DNA of 64,000 nucleotides from Thermostichus sp. DRC_bins_24 (GTDB lineage: Bacteria; Cyanobacteriota; Cyanobacteriia; Thermostichales; Thermostichaceae): the NCBI GenBank assembly GCA_039794845.1, contig JAUQVK010000112.1, forward strand, positions 1 to 64,000, read 5' to 3'. The translations under genes and the position numbers were made by a program. Shown piece by piece: positions 33,336 through 42,852 of the stretch. Every line of letters starts with the position of its first letter. Position 1 is the first letter of the stretch. The notes beneath the pieces were generated by a model. The model did not search any database and was not told the DNA's origin. It worked only from the letters and a program-made list of their open reading frames with translations.

Positions 33336-34442
33336 GTGTCCAAGTTCCTTTTAATCGGTTCCACCGAGCCCTTCAGCGGGAAGTCTGCTGCGGCTTTGGG
33401 CCTGGCTAAGCATTTGCAGCAGCAGGGGATAAAAGTCACTTACGGGAAACCGATTGGTTCTTGCATGACGGAAGATTGCTCCTTGGAAGGGGGCGATCCG
33501 GATATGCGCTTTGTGGCGGAGTCTTTACGGCTGACGATGGGTCAGATGCCGCCCATGCTGCTACAGCTGAACGGAGACTCTCTGCTGGCCCAAATGAAGC
33601 AATCCCCTGGGGAACTTCCCCCGGAGCATCCCGTCGCCCCTCTGCTGGAGTTTGTCAAGGGATCCCCGGCGGACTTGGTGTTACTGGAAGGCCCGGCGGA
33701 TCTTTATGAGGGGGAACTCTTCGGCCTGTCGCTGGCAAAAATGGCCCAGGCCCTGGAGGCTCCGGTGCTCTTAATTAGCCGTTATCACTCGCCGCTGGCG
33801 GTCGATTCAATCCTGGCTGCCCATGCTCAGCTGGGATCCCATTTGGCAGGGGTACTGCTGAATGATGTGCCCCAAAACCAGATGCAGCAGGTGAAAACGG
33901 TGATCCAGCTTTTCTTGGAAGCACAAGGGATCCCGGTGTTGGGCATTCTGCCTTCCCACCGCATTTTGCGCAGCATCAGCGTTGGGGAGCTGGCACGGCA
34001 ACTGGATGCGGAGGTGCTCTGCTGCCCGGATCGGCTCGATTTAATGGTGGAAGATATCGCAGTGGGGGCCATGAACGTCAACTCGGCCCTAAAGTACTTC
34101 CGCAAGTCGGATCACAAGGCGGTGATTACAGGCGGGGATCGCACGGATATTCAACTGGCCGCCCTAGAAACCTCAACCCTCTGTTTGATCCTGACCGGCA
34201 AGCTCCCCTTGGATCCCCGCATTCAGTCTCGAGCCGAAGAACTGGAGGTGCCGATTCTCTCGGTCGATCTGGACACCTTCACCACCATCAACCGCATCGA
34301 ACGGGTTTTTGGCCAGATCCGCCTGCACGAGGAGGTGAAAGTCCGCTGCATCCAGGAGCTAATGTCATCAAATTTTGACTTTTCTCGTTTGTATGACCAT
34401 TTGGGTCTGACACAATCCCTAGTGTCGGCAGCACGAGCGTAA
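33336..34442 (+). CDS. Phosphotransacetylase-family protein (BioD-like plus DRTGG, no catalytic Pta domain)
   Basis: SGKS P-loop-like motif, YGKP, VITGGDRTDIQLAALE. Confidence 0.88.
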   Translation: MSKFLLIGSTEPFSGKSAAALGLAKHLQQQGIKVTYGKPIGSCMTEDCSLEGGDPDMRFVAESLRLTMGQMPPMLLQLNGDSLLAQMKQSPGELPPEHPVAPLLEFVKGSPADLVLLEGPADLYEGELFGLSLAKMAQALEAPVLLISRYHSPLAVDSILAAHAQLGSHLAGVLLNDVPQNQMQQVKTVIQLFLEAQGIPVLGILPSHRILRSISVGELARQLDAEVLCCPDRLDLMVEDIAVGAMNVNSALKYFRKSDHKAVITGGDRTDIQLAALETSTLCLILTGKLPLDPRIQSRAEELEVPILSVDLDTFTTINRIERVFGQIRLHEEVKVRCIQELMSSNFDFSRLYDHLGLTQSLVSAARA

Positions 34443-34599
34443 AAAAGTCACCCTAGAGCTCCCTCTACATCTAGTGCCTAGCTAGACCAAGCTATCCAAG
34501 AAAAACGCCATATCTACCGAGAGCAAAAAGAGCTTAGCTTTTGTGTGTTAATTTCTAGTGTTGGATACTTTCCAAAGTCAGCAATGATTTTTGCAAAAA

Positions 34600-34709
34600 A
34601 ACGCAGGGAGCCGTTGTCAGGTTGGTCTACCGGCCGGGATCGAAGGATATCATGCGTGTATTCATCACCTCAACACACCACTCCTCCCCCAGGTTTTCTG
34701 GGGGTTTTT
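34600..34709 (+). ncRNA. Candidate small RNA, 5' end uncertain
   Basis: Intergenic; strong terminator CCCCCAG/CTGGGGG-T5 lies about 250 bp past the upstream stop codon and is preceded by a C/A-rich stretch. Confidence 0.55.
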
Positions 34710-34876
34710 GTTTGGACAATTTTGAGCAGAGTTCCTCTTGATGAGCACCGGATCCCTACTACCGATAGCGTAAAAGTAGTTACTTTTGGAGCTACTGATG
34801 CTACCGGCAGCGGTGGTAAGCGACTAAGCGGTAAAATGCAGGTTCTGTTCTCCTAAAGTTTGAAGGGATCCCAATC

Positions 34877-35371
34877 ATGGCCACGGTTTCTTCCAAAGCG
34901 GCACGCCCCACCCGATGGGTTGCTTGCCCCAGCACGGGCATCTTCACCGATGGGGGGTGTTCTCCCAATCCGGGACCAGGGGGATGGGCGGTGGTGGTAG
35001 TTCAGGAGGATCACATCCTGGATGAGTGGTTTGGAGGGGATCCCGCCAGCACCAACAACCGCATGGAATTGACCGGCTTGATTCAGGCTTTGCAGTATTG
35101 CCGCGACACCGCAGGCAATCCCATTCACACTATCTACAGCGATTCCAATCTGTGTGTACAAACCTACAACACTTGGATGTCCCAGTGGGCGGCGCAGGGG
35201 TGGCGACGACGCACGGGTCCGGTGGAGAACCTAGATTTGGTGCAACAGCTCTACCAACTGCGGCAGCAGTGCCCACACATTCAGGTGCGGTGGATTCAGG
35301 CCCACAAAGGCATGCGCTGGAACGAGTATGCCGATGAATTGGTTGCCCGTGGTCGGTCGCAGACGAAGTGA
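34877..35371 (+). CDS. rnhA: Ribonuclease HI
   Basis: FTDGGCSPNPGPGGW, TNNRMEL, SDS, NEYADEL. Confidence 0.95.
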   Translation: MATVSSKAARPTRWVACPSTGIFTDGGCSPNPGPGGWAVVVVQEDHILDEWFGGDPASTNNRMELTGLIQALQYCRDTAGNPIHTIYSDSNLCVQTYNTWMSQWAAQGWRRRTGPVENLDLVQQLYQLRQQCPHIQVRWIQAHKGMRWNEYADELVARGRSQTK

Positions 35372-35451
35372 CCTAGATCACATTTGAGCCGGGGGCAGCA
35401 GACAAGGTTCCAACTTATCGCCTATGCTCAGAAAGATGGCTCGTTGCAGGT

Positions 35452-37095
35452 ATGTCCATGCAGGCCCAACTTCATCGTAGTTTTCGCCCTCTCTTCCTTA
35501 CCCTCATGGCTGTGGGAGGCTCTTGGCTACTGGGGGCCTGTCAGAGACAAGCACCAGAGGCCCAGTTGCCCGGAGACATTTTGCCGGAGACGGTGCTGGT
35601 TCCCCAGTCTGCCCCCGTGGTGCTGGCCTTTGCCACCAATCCAGAAGAAGCCTTCCGCACCCACCCTGACCTCTTGGCTCAATGGGAAAACTGGACTGCT
35701 GAAGCCCTAGCGGAAACCGGTAGCGAATTCCCGAAGGAGGATATTCAAACCTGGGCCGGGGAGCAGTTCACGATGGCGGTGGTGGTGCCCAACTTGGTAC
35801 CTACGGCCTCCGACCCCGTACCCGGGATCCTCTTCGGGGCCAGTACCCGCAACACCGACTTGTCTGGGCAATTTTTGGCACAGGTGCGGCAGCAGGCGGA
35901 AGCGGAGGGGGCGAACTTTGAGCGTCGCCAAGAGCAAGGGGTTACCCTCCACATCCAAACCAACGGGGATCCAGGCGAACGATGGGTGACTGCAGAGTTT
36001 GGCAACCGTTTTGTGGCAGTCGCCAACGATCCGGAGGTGATGGAGCAGGCGGTGGCCGTTTACCGGGGAGAAATGGAATCCGTGAGCCGTTCGGATTTGT
36101 TCCGAGCCGCTGCTGAGCAGTTGTATACCGACGGCACTCTGGCCTTTGCTTACCTCGATTTTGAAGCGTTGCAGGCTAGCTCAGAGTCCTTCGGGGCTTG
36201 GATGGAAGATCTCGATCCGGCGACATTACAATCCTTGCAGCCGCTGCGCTCCTTCGCCATGGCTGCCCACTGGCAAGAACAGGGCTTACGGATGCGCATG
36301 CTGACCCAAATGGATCCAGAAGCCCATTTACAGGCGGGGTTGCAACCGGCTCGGGGCGAGTTGATCCAACGGCTGCCGGGAAGCTCCCTAGTGGTGATCA
36401 GCACCCAGCAAATTGCTCAGCGATGGCAAGCCCTGCTGCCACAACTGGAAGAAGACCCGTCGATCAAAGCGTCTTTGGATGAGCTGAGGGCCGAGTTCCG
36501 TGCCAATACCCGCTTGGATCTGGAAAAAGACGTGATCGCCTGGATGGATGGGGAGATGGCCCTGTTGGTAGCTCCTGATGCGCAAGCTCATCCGCTGTTG
36601 CAGGGGATGGGAGCCGCTTGGGTGATCGAGAGCAGCCAAAAAGACAAAGCCAATGCAGCACTGGCTCAGTTGGATCGACTGGCTCAGGAATCGGGCGCAC
36701 GAGTAACGGAAGCAGGGGGCCAAGTGACCTGGGCGGATCCCTTATTTAATCAACCGCTTCTGATCCGGGCCTGGGAAGGGAATAACTTAATTGTAACCAG
36801 CAGTACCGGAGCCCTACAAACCATCGCTCAACGACAGGGCAACCTGTTACCCCAAACCGAGCCCCTGAAAACCCTCTACGCTCAGCTGCACAAACCCAAC
36901 TACGGTTACTTTTTGCTCAACTGGCAAGGGATCCGCACTGTGCTGGAGGCGGCCCTGCCGGGGGGATTAGCCACTTTGGATCCGGAGGCACGCGAGCTGT
37001 TGACTCGCATCGATGGAATAGGGCTAACCAGCTATCCTTCTGGGGAGCATGCCTTTGGGATGGAACTGTTGGTGACGGTGCCCCCGAAACCTTAG
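35452..37095 (+). CDS. DUF3352-like lipoprotein
   Basis: Lipobox LLGAC; duplicated DI/DV-x2-W-x-G/DGE motif. Confidence 0.75.
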   Translation: MSMQAQLHRSFRPLFLTLMAVGGSWLLGACQRQAPEAQLPGDILPETVLVPQSAPVVLAFATNPEEAFRTHPDLLAQWENWTAEALAETGSEFPKEDIQTWAGEQFTMAVVVPNLVPTASDPVPGILFGASTRNTDLSGQFLAQVRQQAEAEGANFERRQEQGVTLHIQTNGDPGERWVTAEFGNRFVAVANDPEVMEQAVAVYRGEMESVSRSDLFRAAAEQLYTDGTLAFAYLDFEALQASSESFGAWMEDLDPATLQSLQPLRSFAMAAHWQEQGLRMRMLTQMDPEAHLQAGLQPARGELIQRLPGSSLVVISTQQIAQRWQALLPQLEEDPSIKASLDELRAEFRANTRLDLEKDVIAWMDGEMALLVAPDAQAHPLLQGMGAAWVIESSQKDKANAALAQLDRLAQESGARVTEAGGQVTWADPLFNQPLLIRAWEGNNLIVTSSTGALQTIAQRQGNLLPQTEPLKTLYAQLHKPNYGYFLLNWQGIRTVLEAALPGGLATLDPEARELLTRIDGIGLTSYPSGEHAFGMELLVTVPPKP

Positions 37096-37120
37096 GGTTG
37101 GGCACACCGATAGACACTGA

Positions 37121-37251
37121 TATGGTCACTCCAAACAGGAGCGATACACTTTCTGGCCCCCCTCTTCCGCTCTGAGAGAGGGGCTACAGCCGGTGCCACG
37201 CTGCGCGAAAGGGGTGAGGGAGCTGTTTCAGCCTCAATTGCAATGACTATA
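37121..37251 (+). mobile_element. MITE family 2, copy A
   Basis: TA-TGGTC...GACTA-TA ends; reverse complement of 46660-46766 plus an internal insertion. Confidence 0.82.
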
Positions 37252-37393
37252 TCACCACATAATCACCACATAATGAGTGAGCTGGGTTTGTTGGATGGCA
37301 AGCACGCGCAAGCAATCCGAAGCCAGGTGATCGAACAAGCCCCTTCGCGGAAGCGGGGTGCAACCCCTTGAAGAGATGCCATCCGCCGGAATC

Positions 37394-38794
37394 CTAAATT
37401 CCCAAGATCAAGCGAGCGGTGTAGAAGTAAATCAGGACCCCCAGCACATCCACAATCGTGGTGATAAAAGGGGCCGCCATCAAGGCCGGATCCAAGCCGA
37501 AGGAGCGGAACAAGAAGGGCAAACCGGCCCCCGATACGGAAGAGAGAACGGAAATACCAAACAAGCTCAGCCCGACAATGATTGCCACGGATAGATCCCG
37601 TTGCAAAGCATAGGCCCAACCGATGGTGATCGCACTGAGCATCAATCCCAGCATGGCCCCCACCGTTGCTTCCCGTGCGAGCACCCCAAACCCATCCTTG
37701 AGGCGTACCACCGCTGTACTCAAACCACGAATCACCACCGTGGAAGACTGCGCCCCGACATTGCCGCCACTGTCCACCAACAGTGGGATGAAGGCTGCCA
37801 AGGCAATCACCTCACTCAAGACTTCTTCTTGTCCGGCGATGATCGTGCTGGTGAAGGTGTTGGTAAACAGCAAAATCAGCAGCCACACCACCCGTTTGCG
37901 AGCTGCCTGCCAGAAATTCAAGTCAAAGTAATCGTCTTCCCCAGATTGCACTCCCCCCAAGGAGTAGATATCTTCGGTGGTTTCTTGCTCCAAAATGTCC
38001 AACACATCGTCTACCGTGACGATCCCCACCAGGCGATGTTCTGTATCTACCACCGGCACAGCCAATAGGTCGTACCGCTGGATCACCCGTGCCACTTCTT
38101 CTTGGTCGGTATTGGTGCTGACAAACACCACCTCCCGGTTCATCACCTCTCCCAACAGTTGGGTCGGTTCCGCCATCACCAGTTCCCGCAGTGAGAGTGC
38201 CCCCGTTAGATGCCGCTCGGTGTCTGTGATGTAGAGGTAGTAGATCGTCTCTGTTTCTCTGGCCAACAGGCGTACTCGTTCTAGGGCTTGGGCTGCCGTT
38301 AAGTTCTCCTTGAGGGAAATATGCTCGGGGGTCATGATCCGCCCCGCCGTGTTGGGGGCATAGCCGAGCAGTAGTGCCGTGGCTTCCCGTTCCTGTGGGC
38401 TTAGTTGTGGCAGCAGAGCAGTGACGACCTTGGCAGGTAACTCGTCAAATAGGCGGGCCCGGTCATCAGGCGACATTTTATCGAGAATGTCTTGGATTTC
38501 ATGGCTCTTGAACTCTCGTAGCAGGGCTTCCTGCAGTTCCAGATCCAGGTGTTCGTAAACCCGAATCGCCAGATCCTTAGCCAGCAACCGAAAGGCCAAA
38601 GCCTGTTGAGCCTCCGGCAGCTCCCCGATTACATCGGCAATATCCACTGGCTGAACGGGCAACAGGAGAGATTTCGCCTGCTCCAGTTCGTTTTGTTCTA
38701 GGGCAAGGCTCAGTTGACCTCGCAATAGCTCACAGAATTGCTCTCGGCTCAGCTCGGAACGAATTGGGGCTGGGGTTCCTGTAGTGGGGTTCAA
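37394..38794 (-). CDS. mgtE: Magnesium transporter MgtE
   Basis: AGRIMT, CBS pair, GIVTVDD, GGNVGAQS, DPALMAAPFITT. Confidence 0.98.
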   Translation of the reverse strand: MNPTTGTPAPIRSELSREQFCELLRGQLSLALEQNELEQAKSLLLPVQPVDIADVIGELPEAQQALAFRLLAKDLAIRVYEHLDLELQEALLREFKSHEIQDILDKMSPDDRARLFDELPAKVVTALLPQLSPQEREATALLLGYAPNTAGRIMTPEHISLKENLTAAQALERVRLLARETETIYYLYITDTERHLTGALSLRELVMAEPTQLLGEVMNREVVFVSTNTDQEEVARVIQRYDLLAVPVVDTEHRLVGIVTVDDVLDILEQETTEDIYSLGGVQSGEDDYFDLNFWQAARKRVVWLLILLFTNTFTSTIIAGQEEVLSEVIALAAFIPLLVDSGGNVGAQSSTVVIRGLSTAVVRLKDGFGVLAREATVGAMLGLMLSAITIGWAYALQRDLSVAIIVGLSLFGISVLSSVSGAGLPFLFRSFGLDPALMAAPFITTIVDVLGVLIYFYTARLILGI

Positions 38795-38837
38795 CGGCTT
38801 ACCTCCCTGCGACTCTAGCCTTAACTATGCCAGCAAA

Positions 38838-38983
38838 GCCGAGTCTACCCAAACTTTGGCTGCCGTGTATTTGGGACAACCTTCCACCCAAGACCGCTGG
38901 GCCGTTTGGGTGAGAATGCTCGGTGACACGGTTTACACTCTCAAAGAATCTCCCCCACCAGGGTTGCTGGAAGAGGATGTCAA
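38838..38983 (+). other. IS200/IS605 right-end-like structured element with no adjacent tnpA/tnpB
   Basis: Ends AGAATCTCCC...GAGGATGTCAA; nested stems CCGTGT/ACACGG and CACCCAA/TTGGGTG. Confidence 0.55.
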
Positions 38984-39308
38984 TCTCCCTTTGCGCATTC
39001 TGGGCAGGCGTGGGTTTTGAGGGGAATCCTTTCGGGGCTTGAACCTGGCCGAGATCTGACGAAAGCCGCGATGGGGGTGGATTTGGTCGGCTCTATCCCT
39101 AGAGGATCTTGAATAAACCCGAAAGGAACAACACTACCTATAACATCAGGTCTGGAGGAATATGATAGCTTGGTGAGCATCGCGTTGGGTGAACCCCTGA
39201 AACAGCTCTCTCAGTTTGGGGTGGCCCACGGATGGTCGAAAACCATGGGTTGAGTCTATTCATCGTGCTTCGCAGGGTGCGGAGAGTCATCGCAGGAGGG
39301 GTGTGGGT

Positions 39309-42300
39309 ATGGTTCAGGGCAAAGAGATGCGTTCCGCAGAAGGGCTCGGATCCCTAAGCAACGGCGATTTCCCGGCAACGGCTCCGGCAGCCAATCCGGT
39401 TTTTTACCGCACCTACAGCCGCCGCACCGACAGAGGGCGGGAAACCTGGAGCCAGGTGTGTGATCGCACCCTGACGGATATCACCCAGCTAGGCCGGTTC
39501 ACCCCAGAGGAACAGGATTTGATCAACCGCATGCAGCGGCAACTGAAGGCCTTGATCTCGGGGCGGGCCCTGTGGGTGATGGGCACCGACTGGATCCATC
39601 GTCCGGAAAACTTTTCAGGGGCCTACAACTGCACGAGCACCAATGTGATTGATTGGCAGGCCTTTGGTTTGATGATGGATCTGGCCATGATGGGCTGTGG
39701 CACCGGGGCGGTGCTGGAACCCAAGTTCATCAACCGCCTACCGGCCATTGTGAATTATCTGAACATCCAGGTGGTAGGACAAATCGGAGCCACGCCGGCG
39801 AACCAACGCCAAGATCAAACCCGTATCCAGCGACAGGGATCCCGGGTGCACATCCAGGTGGGGGATAGCCGTCGCGGTTGGGTGGATTCCTATCAGGTGT
39901 TGATGGAATTGGCCTCGGATCCCAGTTTCTCGGGAACAATTGAACTCTCGGTGGATCTCAGCGATGTGCGGCCTGCGGGTGAGATTCTCAAGGGGTTTGG
40001 CGGGGTGGCCAACCCAATCAAATTACCCACTTTGTATGAGCGGTGTGCAGCCATTCTGAACAAAGCCGTAGGCCGACAATTGAACTCTGTCGAGTGTTGC
40101 TTGCTGATCGATGAAGCGGCTTCTTGTATCGTGGCCGGGAACATTAGGCGTAGCGCGGGGATGCGTCAATTTGCTGGGGAAGATGTGCTCGGATCCAATG
40201 CCAAAGATAACCTCTGGCAACAAGATGAAAAAGGCAATTGGCGCATTGATCCTGAACGGGATGCTCTGCGTATGGCCAATCACACCCGTGTATTTCACCG
40301 CAAACCCACTCTAGAAGAAACCATTGAGGCGGTGCGGAAGCAATTTTATTCCGGTGAAGGGGCCATTCAGTGGGCAGGTGAAGCGGTGGCACGGGCCAAC
40401 TGTGATCTGATCCCTCTCGATCAAAAGTCCGATTTTCTCAAGGCTTATGAGGCCGGATCTGCCAAAGATTGGCTGCAAAAGCGGGATCCCAATTTGAGCG
40501 AAGAAGAGCTAGAGGATCGAATCAGTCGTTATGGGTTGAATCCTTGTGTAACGGCTGACACTTGGATTCATACAGGAGATGGACCTCGTCAGGTGAAGGA
40601 TTTGATCGGGATCCAGCACAGTACTTATGTGAATGGGGAGTTATTCAGCACCACTCCCGAAGGCTTTTTCTATTCGGGTATCAAGCCGGTTTTCAAACTG
40701 ATAACTCAAGAAGGCTATGAATTGCGATTAACAGGCAATCATCGCGTGTTGAAAGTAACTGCTCAAACCCAGAAGAAACAATATACTCAATGGGTTTCTG
40801 CCGAAGATCTGCAGCCAGGGGATCGTGTGATACTCCATGATCATCGTGACCTTTGCCCTTGGGAAGGAGAAGGGAGCTTTGAAGAAGGATGGCTGCTGGG
40901 TAATTTGCTAGGTGATGGTAGTCTTGCCAAAACTCAGTGGAGTGATATGGGTTTGCTGCGTTTCTGGCAGGATACCCAAAGTGAAATGAGTGAACACGCC
41001 ATAGGTTGTCTGGAAAAAGCAACAGGATACACTCGTCGTACAGATCAAGCCCACTACCATGCTCAACTCAAATATCGAGTGGTTAGCTCTAGCAGTCTAG
41101 CAAGGTTGGCAGCACGTTTTGGTTTATTTCCAGGCCAAAAAGCACTGAATTCATCTATAGAAAAAGCCAGCTATCAATTCTACCGAGGTTTTTTGCGAGG
41201 ACTTTATGATGCAGATGGAACTGTGATTGGTTCTCAGCTCAAGGGAGTTAGTGTTCGCTTACCTCAAAGCAGCCTGCATACTCTACAAGCAGTTCAGCGA
41301 ATGCTAGCTCGACTGGGGATCATCTCTACCATTTGTCAGAATCGTCGCCCTGCTGGATCTCGACTTTTGCCGGATAGTCAACGCCAGCCTAAACTTTATT
41401 TCTGCCAGGCACAGCACGAGTTAGTTATTTCTAAGGACAATCTGCTGCAATTTCAATCTTTGATAGGATTCCAGGATCCTGAAAAATCTCAGAAACTTGA
41501 ACAACTTCTGTCTAATTATCAGAGAAATTTTAATCGGGAGCGCTTTACAGTTAAGGTTTTAGCTGTAAAGCCAGATGGAGTGGAACCTGTTTACGACTGT
41601 AGTGTGCCGGGGCCAAATCAATTTGATGCCAATGGCTTTGTTGCCCACAATTGTGGGGAAATCATCGGATCTAACTATCATTGCAATTTGTCCGAAATCC
41701 ACCTAAATCAGATGGATCCCTACAACTACAAAGAACAAGAGGAAGCCTTTGCCGCCGGGGCATTGGCGGTAGCGGCCCTACTGAATCATCGTTTTCAAGA
41801 ACCCCGTTATCAACGCTCGCGGGAATGGGATCCGATTGTGGGGGTATCCTTTACCGGGTTGTTCGACTTTTTTGTGAAAGCCTTTGGGGTGGAATGGCTG
41901 CGTTGGTGGCAGGAGGGGCGACCGGAAACCATGACCGGCCTGACCTTCAAGCAAAAAGAGCAGGATTACCTCTCTCGCTGGCGGGAGGTGGTGCACCAAA
42001 CCGTCTGGGACTACTGCGACCGCCACGGACTGCGCCGACCCAATCGCTGTACGACCGTGCAACCGGCGGGGACCAAGTCGCTTCTGACGGGGGCAGCACC
42101 CGGTTGGCATCCTCCCAAGGCACAACGGTATATTCGCCGTATTACCTTCGGCAAAAATGACCCGGTGGCCCTGGCCTGTTTGGAATACGGCTACTCAATC
42201 GTGCCCTCGCAGTCGGACAAAGATGAGAACGGTAACCTTCTCAACGATCCCTTTGATCCGCGCTGTACGGAATGGCTGGTGGAATTGCCCGTAGAAGTGC

Positions 42301-42725
42301 CCTGGGCCAATTTGCCCGGTGCCGATCAGATCGAGCTCGAACAGTTTTCTGCTCTGGCCCAATTTGACTTTTACATGCAGGTGCAGAAGCACTACACCAC
42401 CCACAACACCTCCGCTACCATTGAGCTGCGAGAAGACGAAGTGGAAGGGCTGGGATCCCGTATATTTGAGGCGATCCAAGGGGATGAGGGATACATCAGT
42501 GCCGCCTTGCTGGCTCGTTTTGATGCGCCGTTTCCGCGGCTGCCCTTTGAGAAGATTGACAAAGCCACCTATGAGCGGCTCTCGGCAGAAGTGTTGCGCC
42601 GTCGGCAAACCGAGGACTTCTTCGAGGCCTTGATGCGCTACGACCGCGGCTTTTTGAATACGGAAGGGCCGGCGGGTTGCGATGCCATGGGGTGTCTGCT
42701 GCCGGAAGCAGCTCCCCAAAGCTAG
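39309..42725 (+). CDS. nrdJ: Class II (B12-dependent) ribonucleoside-triphosphate reductase, intein-containing
   Basis: APAANPVFYRTYSR, YNCTS, GNIRRSA, NP|CGEI, TVQPAGTKSLL, C-terminal CDAMGC. Confidence 0.97.
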   Translation: MVQGKEMRSAEGLGSLSNGDFPATAPAANPVFYRTYSRRTDRGRETWSQVCDRTLTDITQLGRFTPEEQDLINRMQRQLKALISGRALWVMGTDWIHRPENFSGAYNCTSTNVIDWQAFGLMMDLAMMGCGTGAVLEPKFINRLPAIVNYLNIQVVGQIGATPANQRQDQTRIQRQGSRVHIQVGDSRRGWVDSYQVLMELASDPSFSGTIELSVDLSDVRPAGEILKGFGGVANPIKLPTLYERCAAILNKAVGRQLNSVECCLLIDEAASCIVAGNIRRSAGMRQFAGEDVLGSNAKDNLWQQDEKGNWRIDPERDALRMANHTRVFHRKPTLEETIEAVRKQFYSGEGAIQWAGEAVARANCDLIPLDQKSDFLKAYEAGSAKDWLQKRDPNLSEEELEDRISRYGLNPCVTADTWIHTGDGPRQVKDLIGIQHSTYVNGELFSTTPEGFFYSGIKPVFKLITQEGYELRLTGNHRVLKVTAQTQKKQYTQWVSAEDLQPGDRVILHDHRDLCPWEGEGSFEEGWLLGNLLGDGSLAKTQWSDMGLLRFWQDTQSEMSEHAIGCLEKATGYTRRTDQAHYHAQLKYRVVSSSSLARLAARFGLFPGQKALNSSIEKASYQFYRGFLRGLYDADGTVIGSQLKGVSVRLPQSSLHTLQAVQRMLARLGIISTICQNRRPAGSRLLPDSQRQPKLYFCQAQHELVISKDNLLQFQSLIGFQDPEKSQKLEQLLSNYQRNFNRERFTVKVLAVKPDGVEPVYDCSVPGPNQFDANGFVAHNCGEIIGSNYHCNLSEIHLNQMDPYNYKEQEEAFAAGALAVAALLNHRFQEPRYQRSREWDPIVGVSFTGLFDFFVKAFGVEWLRWWQEGRPETMTGLTFKQKEQDYLSRWREVVHQTVWDYCDRHGLRRPNRCTTVQPAGTKSLLTGAAPGWHPPKAQRYIRRITFGKNDPVALACLEYGYSIVPSQSDKDENGNLLNDPFDPRCTEWLVELPVEVPWANLPGADQIELEQFSALAQFDFYMQVQKHYTTHNTSATIELREDEVEGLGSRIFEAIQGDEGYISAALLARFDAPFPRLPFEKIDKATYERLSAEVLRRRQTEDFFEALMRYDRGFLNTEGPAGCDAMGCLLPEAAPQS
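40545..41651 (+). mobile_element. Intein with LAGLIDADG homing endonuclease (369 aa)
   Basis: Starts CVTADT, block B LTGNHRV, LLGNLLGDG and FLRGLYDADG, ends VAHN before Cys; visibly more AT-rich than the exteins. Confidence 0.97.
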
Positions 42726-42852
42726 GTAAAACCCGGGGATCCCCTCCAAGCTCCTCTGGATCGGGATCCCTGGGCAAAGTCTGTGATACTCCTGTGATAC
42801 TTTTGTAAAGACCGATCCCAGCTTGGCTGGAAATTCAGGGATCCCTTTGCGC

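Noticed and set aside
34770..34783. GTA-N8-TAC NtcA-like site upstream of rnhA
   Set aside because: Short consensus and no convincing -10 element at the canonical spacing
34545..34856. 103-aa ORF
   Set aside because: Runs through a strong terminator and lacks an RBS; a non-coding RNA explains the region better
39000..39300. Cobalamin riboswitch upstream of nrdJ
   Set aside because: A hairpin is present but the conserved B12-box elements were not found
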